Program-made: the position numbers and the translations under genes
Notes under the pieces: model-generated
The model's input: the letters and a program-made list of their open reading frames with translations, nothing else
Databases searched by the model: none
Told to the model about the DNA's origin: nothing
Assembly (NCBI GenBank): GCA_002348185.1
Contig: DDYW01000021.1
Coordinates: 24,248 to 88,247 of the forward strand
Direction: 5' to 3'
Length of the DNA stretch: 64,000 bases
DNA from: Candidatus Hydrogenedentes bacterium UBA2224
GTDB lineage: Bacteria > Hydrogenedentota > Hydrogenedentia > Hydrogenedentales > SLHB01
Shown: piece by piece, positions 9,116 through 19,800 of the stretch
Layout of the letters: every line of letters starts with the position of its first letter
How positions within the stretch are numbered: the first letter of the stretch is position 1

Positions 9116-10651
9116 TTGCCAGTGAGCATTGCGGCATTGTTGGAGGAACGGGCGCGGCAGCACGGTTCGCGCACGTTTCTGATTTGCGAAGATATCGAAT
9201 ACTCGTTCGAGACGATGCACGAGTACAGCACGCGCGTTGCGGTGAACCTGGCCGCGCACGGTGTGCAGCAGGGCGACAAAGTCGTGCTGCTGATGGGTAA
9301 TTGCCTCGAGTATCTCTATGTATTCCTCGGGGCGGGACGCATCGGCGCGGTGATTGTGCCGGTCAACCCCACGCTGAAAGCCGACGAAATCGCGCACATC
9401 GTGAATAATTCGGAGGCCGAAACGCTGATCACGGCGCCGGAACTCGCGTCCCTGATCCCCCAGCTCCGGGCCGTCCTGCCCAACGTGAAACGCTATTTCG
9501 TCGCGGGCGAGGCCACCGAAGACGCGGAGTCGTTTTCCACGCTGATGACCCCGGTCGCTGAGGCGCCGCCCATGGCGGCCGCGCCGGGCGACACGGCGGC
9601 GCTCATCTACACTTCCGGCACCACCGGCATGCCGAAAGGCGTGATGCTGACCCACCGAAACTACCTCGCCAATGCCCTTATGCTGGTGAAATCGCAGACC
9701 GTGGTCGAGCACGACCGGTTTTTCTGCGTCTTGCCGCTATTCCATGTCAACGCGCAGGTGGTGACCATCCTGACCCCGCTGATGGGGGGGGCGTCGGTCG
9801 TGCTGATGAAAAAGTTCAACCCCTTCGCGATCCTGCCCATGATTCAGAAGCACCGGCCGACCATTATGAGCGCGGTGCCCACCATTTATAACGTGATGTG
9901 CCGTCTCGCAAAGGCCCAGGACCAGGAGTACGACCTGTCCTCCATCCGGTCGTTCGCGACCGGCGCTGCTCCCATGCCCGAAGAAACCTACAACGAGGCG
10001 CTCCGCACCTTGAAACGGCCCATCATCGGCGGATACGGGTTGACCGAGGCCACCTGTGCCAGCGCCGCGGCCGATTCCCGCGATCCCATTAAGTGGAACT
10101 CCGTGGGAAGCCCCCTCCCGTACACCATCATCCGCATCGCCGGCGAAGACGGCAAAGACGTGCCCTTCGGCGACGTCGGCGAGATTCTGATAGCCGGTCC
10201 CACGGTGATGAAGGGCTATTACAAGAACCCCGCCGCCACCGCCGAAGTGCTGCGCGACGGATGGCTGTACACCGGCGACCTCGGACAGTTCGACGAAGAC
10301 GGTTACCTCTATATCGTGGGCCGCGTAAAAGACATGATCATCCGGGGCGGCCAGAACATCTACCCCCAGCAAATTGAGGATGTCATTTCGCGCCTTCCGG
10401 GCGTCGAAGAGTGCTGCGTGGTCGGCGTGGAAGAGGCGCGCTGGGGCCAGGAAGTGCTCGCCGTCGTCAAATGCACCGAAAACATCAACTTGGCGGAAAG
10501 CGACGTCATCCAGCATTGCCGGCGCTATCTGGCGAACTACAAGTGCCCCGCCTTCGTGCGGTTTGTCGACGAACTGCCGAAGACCCCGACCGGCAAGATC
10601 AAAAAGACGCAGGTGGCCGCGAGCTTCGCGGACATTGCCAAGAGCGGATAG
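9116..10651 (+). CDS. AMP-dependent acyl-CoA synthetase/ligase
   Basis: YTSGTTGMPKGVMLTHRN (AMP-binding box), GYGLTE, TGDLG..DEDGYLYIVGRVKDMI, PKTPTGKI. The start is TTG 9116 or GTG 9122. Confidence 0.9.
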   Translation: MPVSIAALLEERARQHGSRTFLICEDIEYSFETMHEYSTRVAVNLAAHGVQQGDKVVLLMGNCLEYLYVFLGAGRIGAVIVPVNPTLKADEIAHIVNNSEAETLITAPELASLIPQLRAVLPNVKRYFVAGEATEDAESFSTLMTPVAEAPPMAAAPGDTAALIYTSGTTGMPKGVMLTHRNYLANALMLVKSQTVVEHDRFFCVLPLFHVNAQVVTILTPLMGGASVVLMKKFNPFAILPMIQKHRPTIMSAVPTIYNVMCRLAKAQDQEYDLSSIRSFATGAAPMPEETYNEALRTLKRPIIGGYGLTEATCASAAADSRDPIKWNSVGSPLPYTIIRIAGEDGKDVPFGDVGEILIAGPTVMKGYYKNPAATAEVLRDGWLYTGDLGQFDEDGYLYIVGRVKDMIIRGGQNIYPQQIEDVISRLPGVEECCVVGVEEARWGQEVLAVVKCTENINLAESDVIQHCRRYLANYKCPAFVRFVDELPKTPTGKIKKTQVAASFADIAKSG

Positions 10652-10686
10652 GCGCGCCAGGCCACGGACAGAGAGAGGAGTTCGCC

Positions 10687-11112
10687 ATGATGCGCAAACG
10701 GGCATTTTACGGACTGTTGACGGGGGTTCTGGTTCTGTGCGTCTGCGGATGCGCCACGACGCGACAAGGCATCTCCGACGACGAACTGATCCGCGAGACC
10801 CTCGCCACGTGGAAATCCGGGCTCGAAAGCCACGACCTCGACGTCCTGATGTCCACGATCTCCGAGGATTTCGTCAGCGACGAAGGGGGCGGCAAAGCCG
10901 ACTTCCGCGAATACGTCGCCGGACTCTTCGACGACGGCACCTTGTCCGGCGCGAAGATGGACATTGACAGCGCCCGCGTCACCATCGAAGAAGAAATGGC
11001 CACGGTCGAGAACGCCGGCCTGAGCGGCGATCGCGGCAGCGTCCTGCTCGACATGGACCTCAAGAAAGAGGACGATGGCGTCTGGCGCATCGTGGGCCTG
11101 CAAGCCTACTAG
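10687..11112 (+). CDS. lipoprotein with an NTF2/SnoaL-like fold
   Basis: Lipobox LVLCVCGCA. GAGGAG box before the ATG at 10687. ETLATWKSGLESHDLDVLMSTISEDF is typical of DUF4440/SnoaL-like domains. Confidence 0.7.
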   Translation: MMRKRAFYGLLTGVLVLCVCGCATTRQGISDDELIRETLATWKSGLESHDLDVLMSTISEDFVSDEGGGKADFREYVAGLFDDGTLSGAKMDIDSARVTIEEEMATVENAGLSGDRGSVLLDMDLKKEDDGVWRIVGLQAY

Positions 11113-11252
11113 ACGCGGTATCCCGACACGCCGGGCCGACGCCGCGCCCGGGAGCCAGGTGACAGCCACGACATGCTCCGGCGAAGGGTACCGCCGGCCA
11201 AGGACAGAAAACAGGCGTCCCCCCGGCGTCCGGCGCGTTCCCCGCGTTCGGG

Positions 11253-13004
11253 CTATTCCTTGATGTGGTGCTTGATGTCGACGATCTCGCCCTTGAAGAT
11301 ATCGACGACTTTGGCGATGTGGGGGTCTTCCAGGGCCTGCCGCGCCAGCTCCGGGTTCACGTGGGCGGCGGCCGCGCGGGGTGGGGCTTCGCGCGCAGGC
11401 CGCGGGGACTCCGGGCTGTCTCCGTTGACGCGCGTGCGGTAGCCGGTCAGGTTGGCGGTCCACGTTCGCAGAATGCGCTCCACCGCGGCGCGGTTTTCGG
11501 GTCGTTCGAGGTAAGTTCGCGCGTTTTGCTGGTCGTGGGTGAAGTCGAGGAGGATGGTCTCGTTCTCGATGGCGGCGGGAGACGCCTGACCGAGCCAGAT
11601 GCCGAGATTGAGGTTTTCGGCGCCGGCTTTCTCCGTTACGCGCAGCCACGCCTCGCGCAGGTTGGTTTCCGAGACGGTTGCACAGGAGGATGCGGCGGGG
11701 GATTCATGCTCGGGACACTGCGCCGGAGCCTGGTGCGGCGCCGGCGCACGCTTAGGGGGGCTGGATTTGCCCTCGCCCTTGCCGCCCTTGCCGGCCTGCG
11801 CCGTTTGCGCCGCCGGCGGGGTCGCGGCGGCCACGGGGCCCACGCCACCGGCGCCGAGCTGGACGAGTTTTTCGAGCACGGTGTCGACCGATACCTCGAC
11901 GGCCACCTTCGACACGCGGATCAGGAGCGTTTCCAGCGCGATGCGCTGCGCAAGCTGCGAATCGAACCCCTTCGAGAGTTCCGCGAACTGCTCGATCAAT
12001 TGGATGAGACGCGTCAAGAGGAACCGGTCCGCCCGCTCCTGCATCGCCGCGATCTCATGCCCGGGCAAGGCCAGCAGTTCCGGGATCCGGGCCCCGGCGG
12101 TCTTGCACACCAGCAGGTTCCGGAAATACCGGATGATGTCCTGAACAAACTGGGACAGATCCTTTCCCGTCGCCACGATGTCCTCGACGAGCCGGAGCTG
12201 CGTGGCGATGTCCGCGTCCAGGATGGCGTCGCACAGCGCGTTGAGCTGTGCCCAGTCGACCAGACCCAGCACTTCGAATACGTCCTTAAACGTAATCTCC
12301 CGGCCGCAATACGAGATCAACTGTTCCAGGATGCTCTCGGCATCGCGGATGCCCCCGTCCGCGGCGCGCGCAATGGCATACAGCACCTCGTCGGAACAGG
12401 TCACCTTTTCCTGGTCGAGGATGCGGCGCAGCAGGGCGCAGATGTCCTCCTGGCCCACGCGGCGGAAATCGTAGCGCTGGCAGCGCGAGATAATCGTGGC
12501 CGGCACCTTGTGCGCTTCGGTCGTCGCCAGGATAAACACCGCATGGGCGGGCGGCTCTTCGAGCGTCTTGAGCAGCGCGTTGAAGGCGGCACCGCTCAAC
12601 TGGTGCACCTCGTCAATCACGTAAATCTTGTACCGCGACGACGAAGGCACCAGGCGGACATTGTCGCGGATCTGCCGGACATCGTCGACGCTGTTGTTGG
12701 AGGCGCCGTCGATTTCGAGGACGTCGATGTTGCGGCCCGCGGCGATGGATACGCAGTTCTCGCAGGTTCCGCAGGGATTGGGGGTGGGGCCGTCGGACGA
12801 CCGGCAGTTGAGCGCTTTGGCCAGGATGCGCGCCGTGGTGGTCTTCCCGATGCCGCGCGAACCGATGAACAGGTAGGCGTGGCCGATGCGCTGATTCTCG
12901 ATGGCGTTCTGAAGGGTGCGCGTGATGTGCTGCTGGCCCACGACCTCGTCGAAGGCCTGGGGCCGCCACGTTCGCGCCAAAACCTGGTAGTGCCCTTCCG
13001 CCAT
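11253..13004 (-). CDS. dnaX: DNA polymerase III subunit gamma/tau
   Basis: YQVLARTWRPQAFDEVVGQQH, Walker A GSRGIGKTTTARILAKALNC, zinc module CGTCENC, IYVIDEVHQLS. Confidence 0.93.
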   Translation of the reverse strand: MAEGHYQVLARTWRPQAFDEVVGQQHITRTLQNAIENQRIGHAYLFIGSRGIGKTTTARILAKALNCRSSDGPTPNPCGTCENCVSIAAGRNIDVLEIDGASNNSVDDVRQIRDNVRLVPSSSRYKIYVIDEVHQLSGAAFNALLKTLEEPPAHAVFILATTEAHKVPATIISRCQRYDFRRVGQEDICALLRRILDQEKVTCSDEVLYAIARAADGGIRDAESILEQLISYCGREITFKDVFEVLGLVDWAQLNALCDAILDADIATQLRLVEDIVATGKDLSQFVQDIIRYFRNLLVCKTAGARIPELLALPGHEIAAMQERADRFLLTRLIQLIEQFAELSKGFDSQLAQRIALETLLIRVSKVAVEVSVDTVLEKLVQLGAGGVGPVAAATPPAAQTAQAGKGGKGEGKSSPPKRAPAPHQAPAQCPEHESPAASSCATVSETNLREAWLRVTEKAGAENLNLGIWLGQASPAAIENETILLDFTHDQQNARTYLERPENRAAVERILRTWTANLTGYRTRVNGDSPESPRPAREAPPRAAAAHVNPELARQALEDPHIAKVVDIFKGEIVDIKHHIKE

Positions 13005-13091
13005 GACCACCCTCGCCTCCGCGGCCGCACGGCCCTGGCCTGCGGCGGCCTCCAATTGCCCCCCGGCGCTTGTGCCAGGAAAACAAAAAAT

Positions 13092-13365
13092 GCCCGCGCA
13101 CCCACCGTCGAACGCTTACCCAGAGCGGCCACGGGGCCGTTGACTCGGGCCAGGCGTCCCTACAGCACACGAGAAGAACCGCCTGCGGCTGCTTCCGTCA
13201 GGATCTGACCGGGTTCAGCAGCTTCCCGTTGAGTAGGACCCAGCCGTCAGCGCCTCGTACCCCGCGCCTGACCAAAAGGCAAGACGCCCTCGGGTGGGAA
13301 TTCGACCTCGCTAAAGCGGATTGCGAGTGCAGGACACCGCTAACTTCCCGTCTAGCGCGGGCAAA
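13092..13365 (-). ncRNA. ffs: signal recognition particle RNA, long Bacillus-type with an Alu domain
   Basis: The reverse strand contains GGUCAGAUCCUGACGGAAGCAGCC (domain IV). It also contains an Alu-domain block GACGGGAAGUUAGCGGUGUCCUGCACUCGCAAUCCGCUUUAGCGAGGUCGAAUUCCC, closely parallel to B. subtilis scRNA. 5' GCCCGCGC pairs with 3' GCGCGGGC, followed by a U-run. Classic position upstream of dnaX. Confidence 0.88.
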
Positions 13366-13397
13366 CTCAAAATCTGCGCCAAAACAGCGTAACACTC

Positions 13398-13427
13398 ACT
13401 TTAGCATTCATCGCGGGGGCCAGTCAA
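13398..13427 (-). promoter_or_regulatory. sigma70-like promoter candidate for the SRP RNA
   Basis: The reverse strand reads TTGACT, 18-nt spacer, TAAAGT, about 30 nt upstream of the SRP RNA helix. Confidence 0.4.
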
Positions 13428-13557
13428 TTTACCCGTTTCGTCCCGAACCATTGGCTAACGCGAAGGCTGATTACTCCGATGCGTGCGCCTTCGGGCGCTG
13501 GAGCTTTTGTCGACTCACCCACGTGGTGAAACAAGAGACGATTCTGCCTTCCGGGGT

Positions 13558-13820
13558 GCCAAAGGCGCGAAAACATGCCAGCCCAGCCCGCAGGGCTCCG
13601 AGTCCCGCAGGGACGGCAGACCGAAGCGCCCATGTTCTCGCGTCTGGAGCGCCGAAGGCGCGAAAACATGCCAGACCAGTCCGCAGGGCTCCGAGTCCCG
13701 CAGGGACGGCAGACAATAGCCCACCACTTCAGGAACCTCCGCATCCCTCGAATCACAAGTCCCGTAGGGACGGCAGACCGAAGCGCCCATGTTCTCGCGT
13801 CTGGAGCGCCGAAGGCGCGG
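13558..13820. repeat. ~93-bp tandem repeat, about 2.7 copies with one internal replacement
   Basis: The unit gccRaaggcgcgaaaacatgccagNccagNccgcagggctccgagtcccgcagggacggcagaccgaagcgcccatgttctcgcgtctggagc recurs at 13558 and 13651. The second half recurs at 13758. Confidence 0.8.
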
Positions 13821-13833
13821 CGGAGACGTGCAC

Positions 13834-13878
13834 GAGGCGGACGGTATGGACAATATGGACGGCATGGACGGTATGGAA
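13834..13878 (+). repeat. 9-bp-phased RTGGAC array (5 units)
   Basis: gaggcggac ggtatggac aatatggac ggcatggac ggtatggaa. Confidence 0.8.
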
Positions 13879-14092
13879 ACATCCGTCTTGGCGTCTTGGC
13901 GCCTTTGCGTGAGGCGCTGGTCCGCCCGTATCGCATTTCCCACCCGCGATTCGGATCCCTGGGGTGGCCGGTTGCACCTGTCGCCCGCAGCGGATATGCT
14001 GGCCTCTGAGCAGCGGTTCCTGCCTCCGCGCGGCACGAGGCGCCCGCGCAGGAGAGACGGAAGAGACCAATGGCGAGAGGGAGAGGGTACCC

Positions 14093-16006
14093 ATGACCAT
14101 GCACCTGTTCCTGGCGGTTTCTGTGGCGATCAGCCTGGGGATCCACGCGGCCGAGCCGCCGGCCGTCAGCGTGTGGGCGCCCCCGCCGCTAACCAAGGTC
14201 TTGCGCGACGCCGTTCCGCCTTCCGAAGGGGCCGAGCCGCTCCTCATCGAAGGCGCCCGCAACGAAACGGTCAGCGCGCAGGCGGCCGTGCGCTCCGCGG
14301 AGAACGCGGTGGCCGCCCGGATGTCGATCTCGGACCTCACGCACCGCGAAACCGGCGCTGCGCTTCCCGCCAGCGCCGTAAGCCTCCAGTGGGAACGGTA
14401 TATCGCCATTGATCGCAACACCACGGGCCTCCCCGGCGACGAACTCGTCGCCAGCGCGCCCAACAGCATCCCGGACCCCTTCTGGGAGGCCGAAAACATC
14501 CCGCTCCAGGCCGGGGAGACGCAGGCGGCGTGGCTCGAGGTGGTCATCCCGGCCGATGCCGCGCCCGGCGATTACGACGGGACGCTCACCATCACGGCGG
14601 ACGGCCAGTCCGCCCGATTGCCGGTCGCCCTGCACGTCTGGAATTTCGTCGTGCCGGATGAACGCCACCTCTCGGTCGTGAACTGGTGGCGGTTTCCGGG
14701 GTTGGGGTTCGAAGGGCGGTTTGAACCGTTTTCCGACGCGTATTACCAGTTTCTGGGGGAATGCTGCGCGTTTCTCGCGGCCCACCGTCAGACCGACATC
14801 CAGTTGTCTCTGAACGAACTGGTACAGGAGGTCGCGGGGGTCGACGGCAGCGTAAGCTACGACACGTCGCGGCTCGAACGGTTCACCGCCACAGCGTTCG
14901 AGCACGGCATTCGGCAGATTCATCTGCACGGCGTGGGAACGCGCACCGGGAACCACACCGAGCCGGACGGCCGCATCGAACCGGTTGCCGCGTCCATGAA
15001 CCGCCTGCCCGCACTCGAGGCCGTGATACAGCAACACCAGTGGCAGGGCCGCATCGCGGTCAACATCTCCGACGAACCGTTCATCCATCACGAACAGTCG
15101 TACGCGGCTGTGGTTCGTCAGGTGCATCAGCTTGCGCCGAGCGTCCGGGTGATCGAGGCGGTGGAAGCGGAGTTTTTCGGCGACCTCGACATCTACGTGC
15201 CCAAACTGAGCCACCTCAACCTGTGGTATCCCCGGTTTCAGGACGTGCAGCGCGAAGGCAAGGAACTCTGGTATTACACCTGCTGCCACCCGGTCGGGCG
15301 CTACCCGAACCGCTTTCTCGATCAGTCGCTCCTGAAAGGGCGCGCGTTGTTCTGGATCAATTACCTCTATGACCTCGACGGATACCTGCACTGGGGCCTG
15401 AACCATTTTTACGGCGACGATCCCTACACGCAGGAGGCCATCAGCCACGACCTGCCGCTCGGGGACCGTGCCGTGGTGTATCCCGGCGAATCGAAGTATC
15501 TCGGCTCGCTCCGGTTCAGCACCATGCGCGACGGCTTGCAGGATTTCGAATACCTGTGGCTGCTCGAAGACGGTCTGCGGCAGCTCAAGGAGCGCGTGGG
15601 CGACGACGCGTACTGGCTCGAGCCGCGCCAGCGCTCCCTCGAACTGTGCCGCCGGGTGGTGCAATCGTTCTACGACCACACCCGCGACCCCCAGGCGCTG
15701 ATGGAGACCCGGCGCATGCTCGCGGCAGAGATCGAAGCCCTCGCCGCCGCCCCGCTGCTGGTCGTCCAGACCTCGCCGCCGGAGAACACCTTTGTGCCCG
15801 CGGGACCGCGAAACATCGGCGTGCGCGGCCTGGTCGCGCCCGGAGCCGCGGTGACGGTCAACGGGAAACCCGTCCCCGTGCGCGAAAGCGGCTATTTCTG
15901 CCTGGCCTGTTTCATGCGGGACGACCAGCCCGTCATCACGGTCACCGTCGACGAAAATGGAGCGCACCGTTCGGTCTCACGATCGTTTATACTGGAGCAA
16001 GAATAA
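14093..16006 (+). CDS. DUF4091 domain (GH123-like) secreted glycoside-hydrolase-like protein
   Basis: Signal peptide MTMHLFLAVSVAISLGIHA. WYYTCCHP, RALFWINYLYDLDGYLHWGLNHF and STMRDGLQDFEYLWLL motifs. GAGAGGG box upstream. Confidence 0.8.
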   Translation: MTMHLFLAVSVAISLGIHAAEPPAVSVWAPPPLTKVLRDAVPPSEGAEPLLIEGARNETVSAQAAVRSAENAVAARMSISDLTHRETGAALPASAVSLQWERYIAIDRNTTGLPGDELVASAPNSIPDPFWEAENIPLQAGETQAAWLEVVIPADAAPGDYDGTLTITADGQSARLPVALHVWNFVVPDERHLSVVNWWRFPGLGFEGRFEPFSDAYYQFLGECCAFLAAHRQTDIQLSLNELVQEVAGVDGSVSYDTSRLERFTATAFEHGIRQIHLHGVGTRTGNHTEPDGRIEPVAASMNRLPALEAVIQQHQWQGRIAVNISDEPFIHHEQSYAAVVRQVHQLAPSVRVIEAVEAEFFGDLDIYVPKLSHLNLWYPRFQDVQREGKELWYYTCCHPVGRYPNRFLDQSLLKGRALFWINYLYDLDGYLHWGLNHFYGDDPYTQEAISHDLPLGDRAVVYPGESKYLGSLRFSTMRDGLQDFEYLWLLEDGLRQLKERVGDDAYWLEPRQRSLELCRRVVQSFYDHTRDPQALMETRRMLAAEIEALAAAPLLVVQTSPPENTFVPAGPRNIGVRGLVAPGAAVTVNGKPVPVRESGYFCLACFMRDDQPVITVTVDENGAHRSVSRSFILEQE

Positions 16007-16040
16007 GGGTGAGCAACCCCCGGACCTGAGGGAAGACTGA

Positions 16041-16637
16041 ATGGCATACGATCCGGAAAAACTTGCCGAATCACTCCGCCTGGAAGCCGGCCTGCTTCTG
16101 GAACGGTCCGGCCTCGCGCCCACGCTCCATGGGTACGGACAGGTCCACCTGACGGGCAGCTACGCCCTCGATCTCATGGCGTGGCGCGACGTGGACATTC
16201 AACTCGTGCTTTTCGAAATCTGGGATCCCCTCGATGCCTTTTTCGCCCTGGGCCACCAGATCGCCAAGCAGCGCGGCGTGATTCGCATGACCTTCGGAAA
16301 CCATCTTCGCAAGCCCACGCCGAAACTGCCCGGCGGACTCTATTGGGGCGTGCGGATGCTCAGCCTCGACAACGGGGAGGAATGGACACTCGATATCTGG
16401 GCCGTGGACGAGACCCACGTCCAGCAAAACAACGGTCTTATGCAGCGTATCCGCGACGCCCTGGACGTTCCGTCACGCCGCCTGATCCTCGATATGAAAC
16501 ACGCTCTCCTCACCAGCGAGGGCCGCACCCCGCCTCTCAGCGGCATCCCTCTGTGCGAAGCGGTGTTGTTCGAAGGCCTCCGCGACGAAGCCGCTATTCG
16601 CGCCTATCTCCGTCGGCAGGGGGTCGAGGGCGTCTGA
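16041..16637 (+). CDS. nucleotidyltransferase-fold protein (standalone)
   Basis: HLTGSYALDLMAWRDVDIQLV fits the GS...DxD polymerase-beta NTase signature. GAGGGAAG box upstream. Confidence 0.6.
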   Translation: MAYDPEKLAESLRLEAGLLLERSGLAPTLHGYGQVHLTGSYALDLMAWRDVDIQLVLFEIWDPLDAFFALGHQIAKQRGVIRMTFGNHLRKPTPKLPGGLYWGVRMLSLDNGEEWTLDIWAVDETHVQQNNGLMQRIRDALDVPSRRLILDMKHALLTSEGRTPPLSGIPLCEAVLFEGLRDEAAIRAYLRRQGVEGV

Positions 16638-16651
16638 GGGGAGAGAGAGAA

Positions 16652-16687
16652 GTAGACAGGATTTACAAGACTTACAGGATTTTGGGG
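16652..16687 (+). repeat. 9-bp-phased array, TTACAG-type variant (4 units)
   Basis: gtagacagg atttacaag acttacagg attttgggg, just after the stop at 16637. Confidence 0.55.
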
Positions 16688-16837
16688 CCCGAGCTTTCCT
16701 GCAGTCTCTGCCTGACCGTCTCGCTGTCGCTTTTGGTATTTTCACTTAAATATTATGTTGTCTATTCAGCAATTAGAAAAGCAAAAACTGGAGTGTGACC
16801 GTTTTAATAAAATCTTGTCCATCCTGCCAATTATGCC

Positions 16838-19800
16838 TTAAAAGCCGGTGCACACGGCAAGGTGACCGTCTCGTGTCCCGAATACCACGGCACGTTCGCC
16901 AGGCAGGGCGAGGATCTTCGTCGGGGTATCCGGGAGCCGGCCCTGACGCACGGGCGTTCCGGCGGCGTCGAGCACCAGCAGATTTCCGTTCTCCCCGCCC
17001 ACGACAATGCACGGAGCATCGCCGCCGCCGGGCGTGATGCAGGCGAGCGTCGTGGGCACAAAAGGCAGTCGCCGCGACCAGAGTTTTTCGCAGGTGCCGG
17101 TCAACGCCACGCACAAGCGGTCGACCGTGGCCACGGCGATGTCGGGAACCCCGTCGCCGGTAAGGTCGCCGGTGTCGATATCGCGCATGTTCACATACGG
17201 GATGGCCTTGCCGGGACCGAAGCTCGCATCGTATTCCGCCGTGCCGTCCGGCCGCCACACGGTGACGCGGTTCCACACGCCGTTGATCTCCGTCATGAGC
17301 TCGGGTTCGCCATCGCCGTCGAAATCGTCGAAGAAAATGTGTTCGCGGTTCATGGCGGACCATCCGGGCACGTGGGTATGGCCTTCCGGCACGGAATCAA
17401 ATCCGCGGGGGCTGGGATCCAGCGTCGCGCTGTTGATGATACCCAGGGTGTTGGAGCCGTTGTAGCGGCGCGCGGCGAGCAGGGTGTGGGACCCGTTGGG
17501 GCCGGGAATCAGCTTCATCACGGAGACCTTGCCCCAGAATTGCGGCATGCGGCGCACGAGCCGGCCGGTTTCGTCCAGAATCTCGAGCGTGCAGGCGGAA
17601 CCCACGAACGCCATGGGCGTGCCGTCGATGAACGGCCCCGAATACAGCCCGTGAATGCCCTCGTGACCCGGCGCCGACTTGAACCAGTAGGTTTTGGCTG
17701 CGCGATAGACTTCCGGATCCATCTCCGAAACGAAGACCCACCTGCGGTTGCCGTCGCGGTCGAACGCGATGACCTTCTCGTCCGCGCACCCCGCGAGCAG
17801 CAACTGCGGTTCAGGCCACCAGTGGAGCATGCGGACGGGGCCGTCGGTCGAAAACGCCGCCACCGGCTCGCCTGAAAGCGACATCGCGTGGATGGTCTGG
17901 CCTTCGGCGGCATAAAGCCGCGTCCCGTCCGGCGCCGCGACGAGGTCCATGATCGCAGCATCGCCCGTTTTCACCGCCGTGCATTGCAGTTCGGGGAGGG
18001 CCTGTTCCGCGGCGGTCGCGGTGTCGGCCGTCTGGCCGGCATGAGTTCGGGCCTGTTCCAGGCAGGCCGCCAGCCACGCGCGCACGGCCGGAAGCATGGG
18101 GGCGGGCGCGGGGGCGGGACGCGTCTCAGGCGGCTGCGCGCTATTGGCCGAGGACGCGAGGGTCATCTCGCCGCGTGCCAGGTTCCAGTCGATGTCCATG
18201 GGTTCCGCGCTCTTAAATACCGGACTCAGTCCCGGCACGGCCAGTTGAACAACGCCTCTTCCGTAGAAATGCGTCTCCGACAGCACGGCGAACTCGGCCT
18301 CGATGCCCTCGTACGTGCCGGCGGCCGCGAGTGCGAGTTCGGGCGTCAAGAGGACGGCCGCGTTTCCGGCGAGGCGCAGGCAGGCCACCTCGGTCTCCGT
18401 CTCGGTGGGCACGCCGGTGACCAGCGAGAAGAACCGCAGCGTTTCGCCGGTGCGGGCCGGGCCGAGCCACTGCATGGCCGCTTCATACCCGTTGCGGAGG
18501 AGGGTGACGTCGGACGCGGTGCAGATCAGGGGGATGCGCGGCACCGGGGCACTGAGGGGCCGGTCGAGGCGCATCTGGTTCGGACGCTCGGGCCCGGCAA
18601 GCCAGTTGCCGCCCCGGGTCTCCCAAAGCAACTGGACCTCGAGGTTCTCGGTGTCGATGCGCGGCGTCAGTTCGTCGAGCACCAGGGCATACCGGCCCGG
18701 ACGGTGGACCAGCGCCCGCCGCCAGGAGGCGAACGGCATGCCGGGCACCTCGGCCACGGCGACGACCGTCTCGCCCAGCACCCGGCAGTGTTTGAGGGCC
18801 GCGTCCATCGCGACGGTCTTTTCGGTGAGGCCATCGGCCCGCGTGCGGAGCTGGTTCAGGTACCCTTCGAGCAGGGTGGCCCCGTCCTGCCGCAGCGCGA
18901 GGATCGCGAACGTGTGATAGGGGTTGCGGGACGCCCCGTTGAATCCGTCCAGGAGGATGAAATCGCCCGTGGCGTCAGGACGGTTGCGGTAGCTCATGAA
19001 CAGGAACGATTCGTCGAGCGGGAATCCGTTGTTCCGCCATTTCCACATGGGTTCAGGCATCGCGTGGATCCGCCAGTCGCCCACCATATCGTCCGGCGGC
19101 ACGGGCTGGAGGTGGTCTTCCGGCCAGTACGATTGCCCGAGCCGGAAGAGCGCGGTATCGACGCCCGTGCGGTTGCGGTAGGTGAGCCAGCGGCCGTCCT
19201 GCATGAGGTACGCGGCCTGGTGCAGGAACCCCACCGAGGCGTAGTGCAGCGCCCAGTCGCCGTCTTTTCCCGAAGCGAGGATTTCGAGTCCGCGCAACAA
19301 TTCCGCGGCGACGCCGTTCTCGAGGGGCACACGGTCGCCGGTCAGCAGCAGGTAGCTGAAGATGGGCGCAATGGCGGTGTCGTACCAGAACAAATTGTCG
19401 TTTTCGCCGCTGACCCAGGCGTGTTCGTGCAGCGACCGGAAATGGTTCGCGCCGTTTTGCTCGCACACCGGCCAGACGGGGTCGTCGTAATCTTTGGCGA
19501 AATACCGGCCAAGGCAATACAACGAGATGGCGGTCCACTGTCCGTGCCGCGACCCGACCTGGGAGGGGATGGCCGCGTAGGGGCCGGCATAGGCCGAAGC
19601 GATGCCGGGATGCGCGAGCTGCTGCGCGAATGCCCGGGTGACGCGCAACCGTTCGTCGTCCGTGAAGACGGGGCTCTCCTCGATGAGGTCCCAGAAGAGG
19701 ATCATGAGGTGCGCGTTGTAATGGTAGGGCCCGCCGAGGGGATTGTCCTTGTTTTCGATACGTTCCCCGTCGATTTCGGCGATCTCCGCCCTGGCTTGGG

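Noticed and set aside
13290-13365. tRNA-like segment (GGTCGAATTCCC resembles a T-arm).
   Set aside because: No 7-bp acceptor stem or anticodon arm can be drawn. The block aligns instead with the Alu domain of long SRP RNA and is contiguous with the domain IV motif.
13558-13880. Possible CRISPR array.
   Set aside because: The units are directly tandem (93 bp) without unique spacers. The 9-bp arrays are far too short, and no cas genes are in the window.
16700-16837. AT-rich island between convergent genes as a possible sRNA or insertion remnant.
   Set aside because: No promoter-plus-terminator pair or repeat termini could be identified by eye. It most simply serves as an AT-rich termination zone for both genes.
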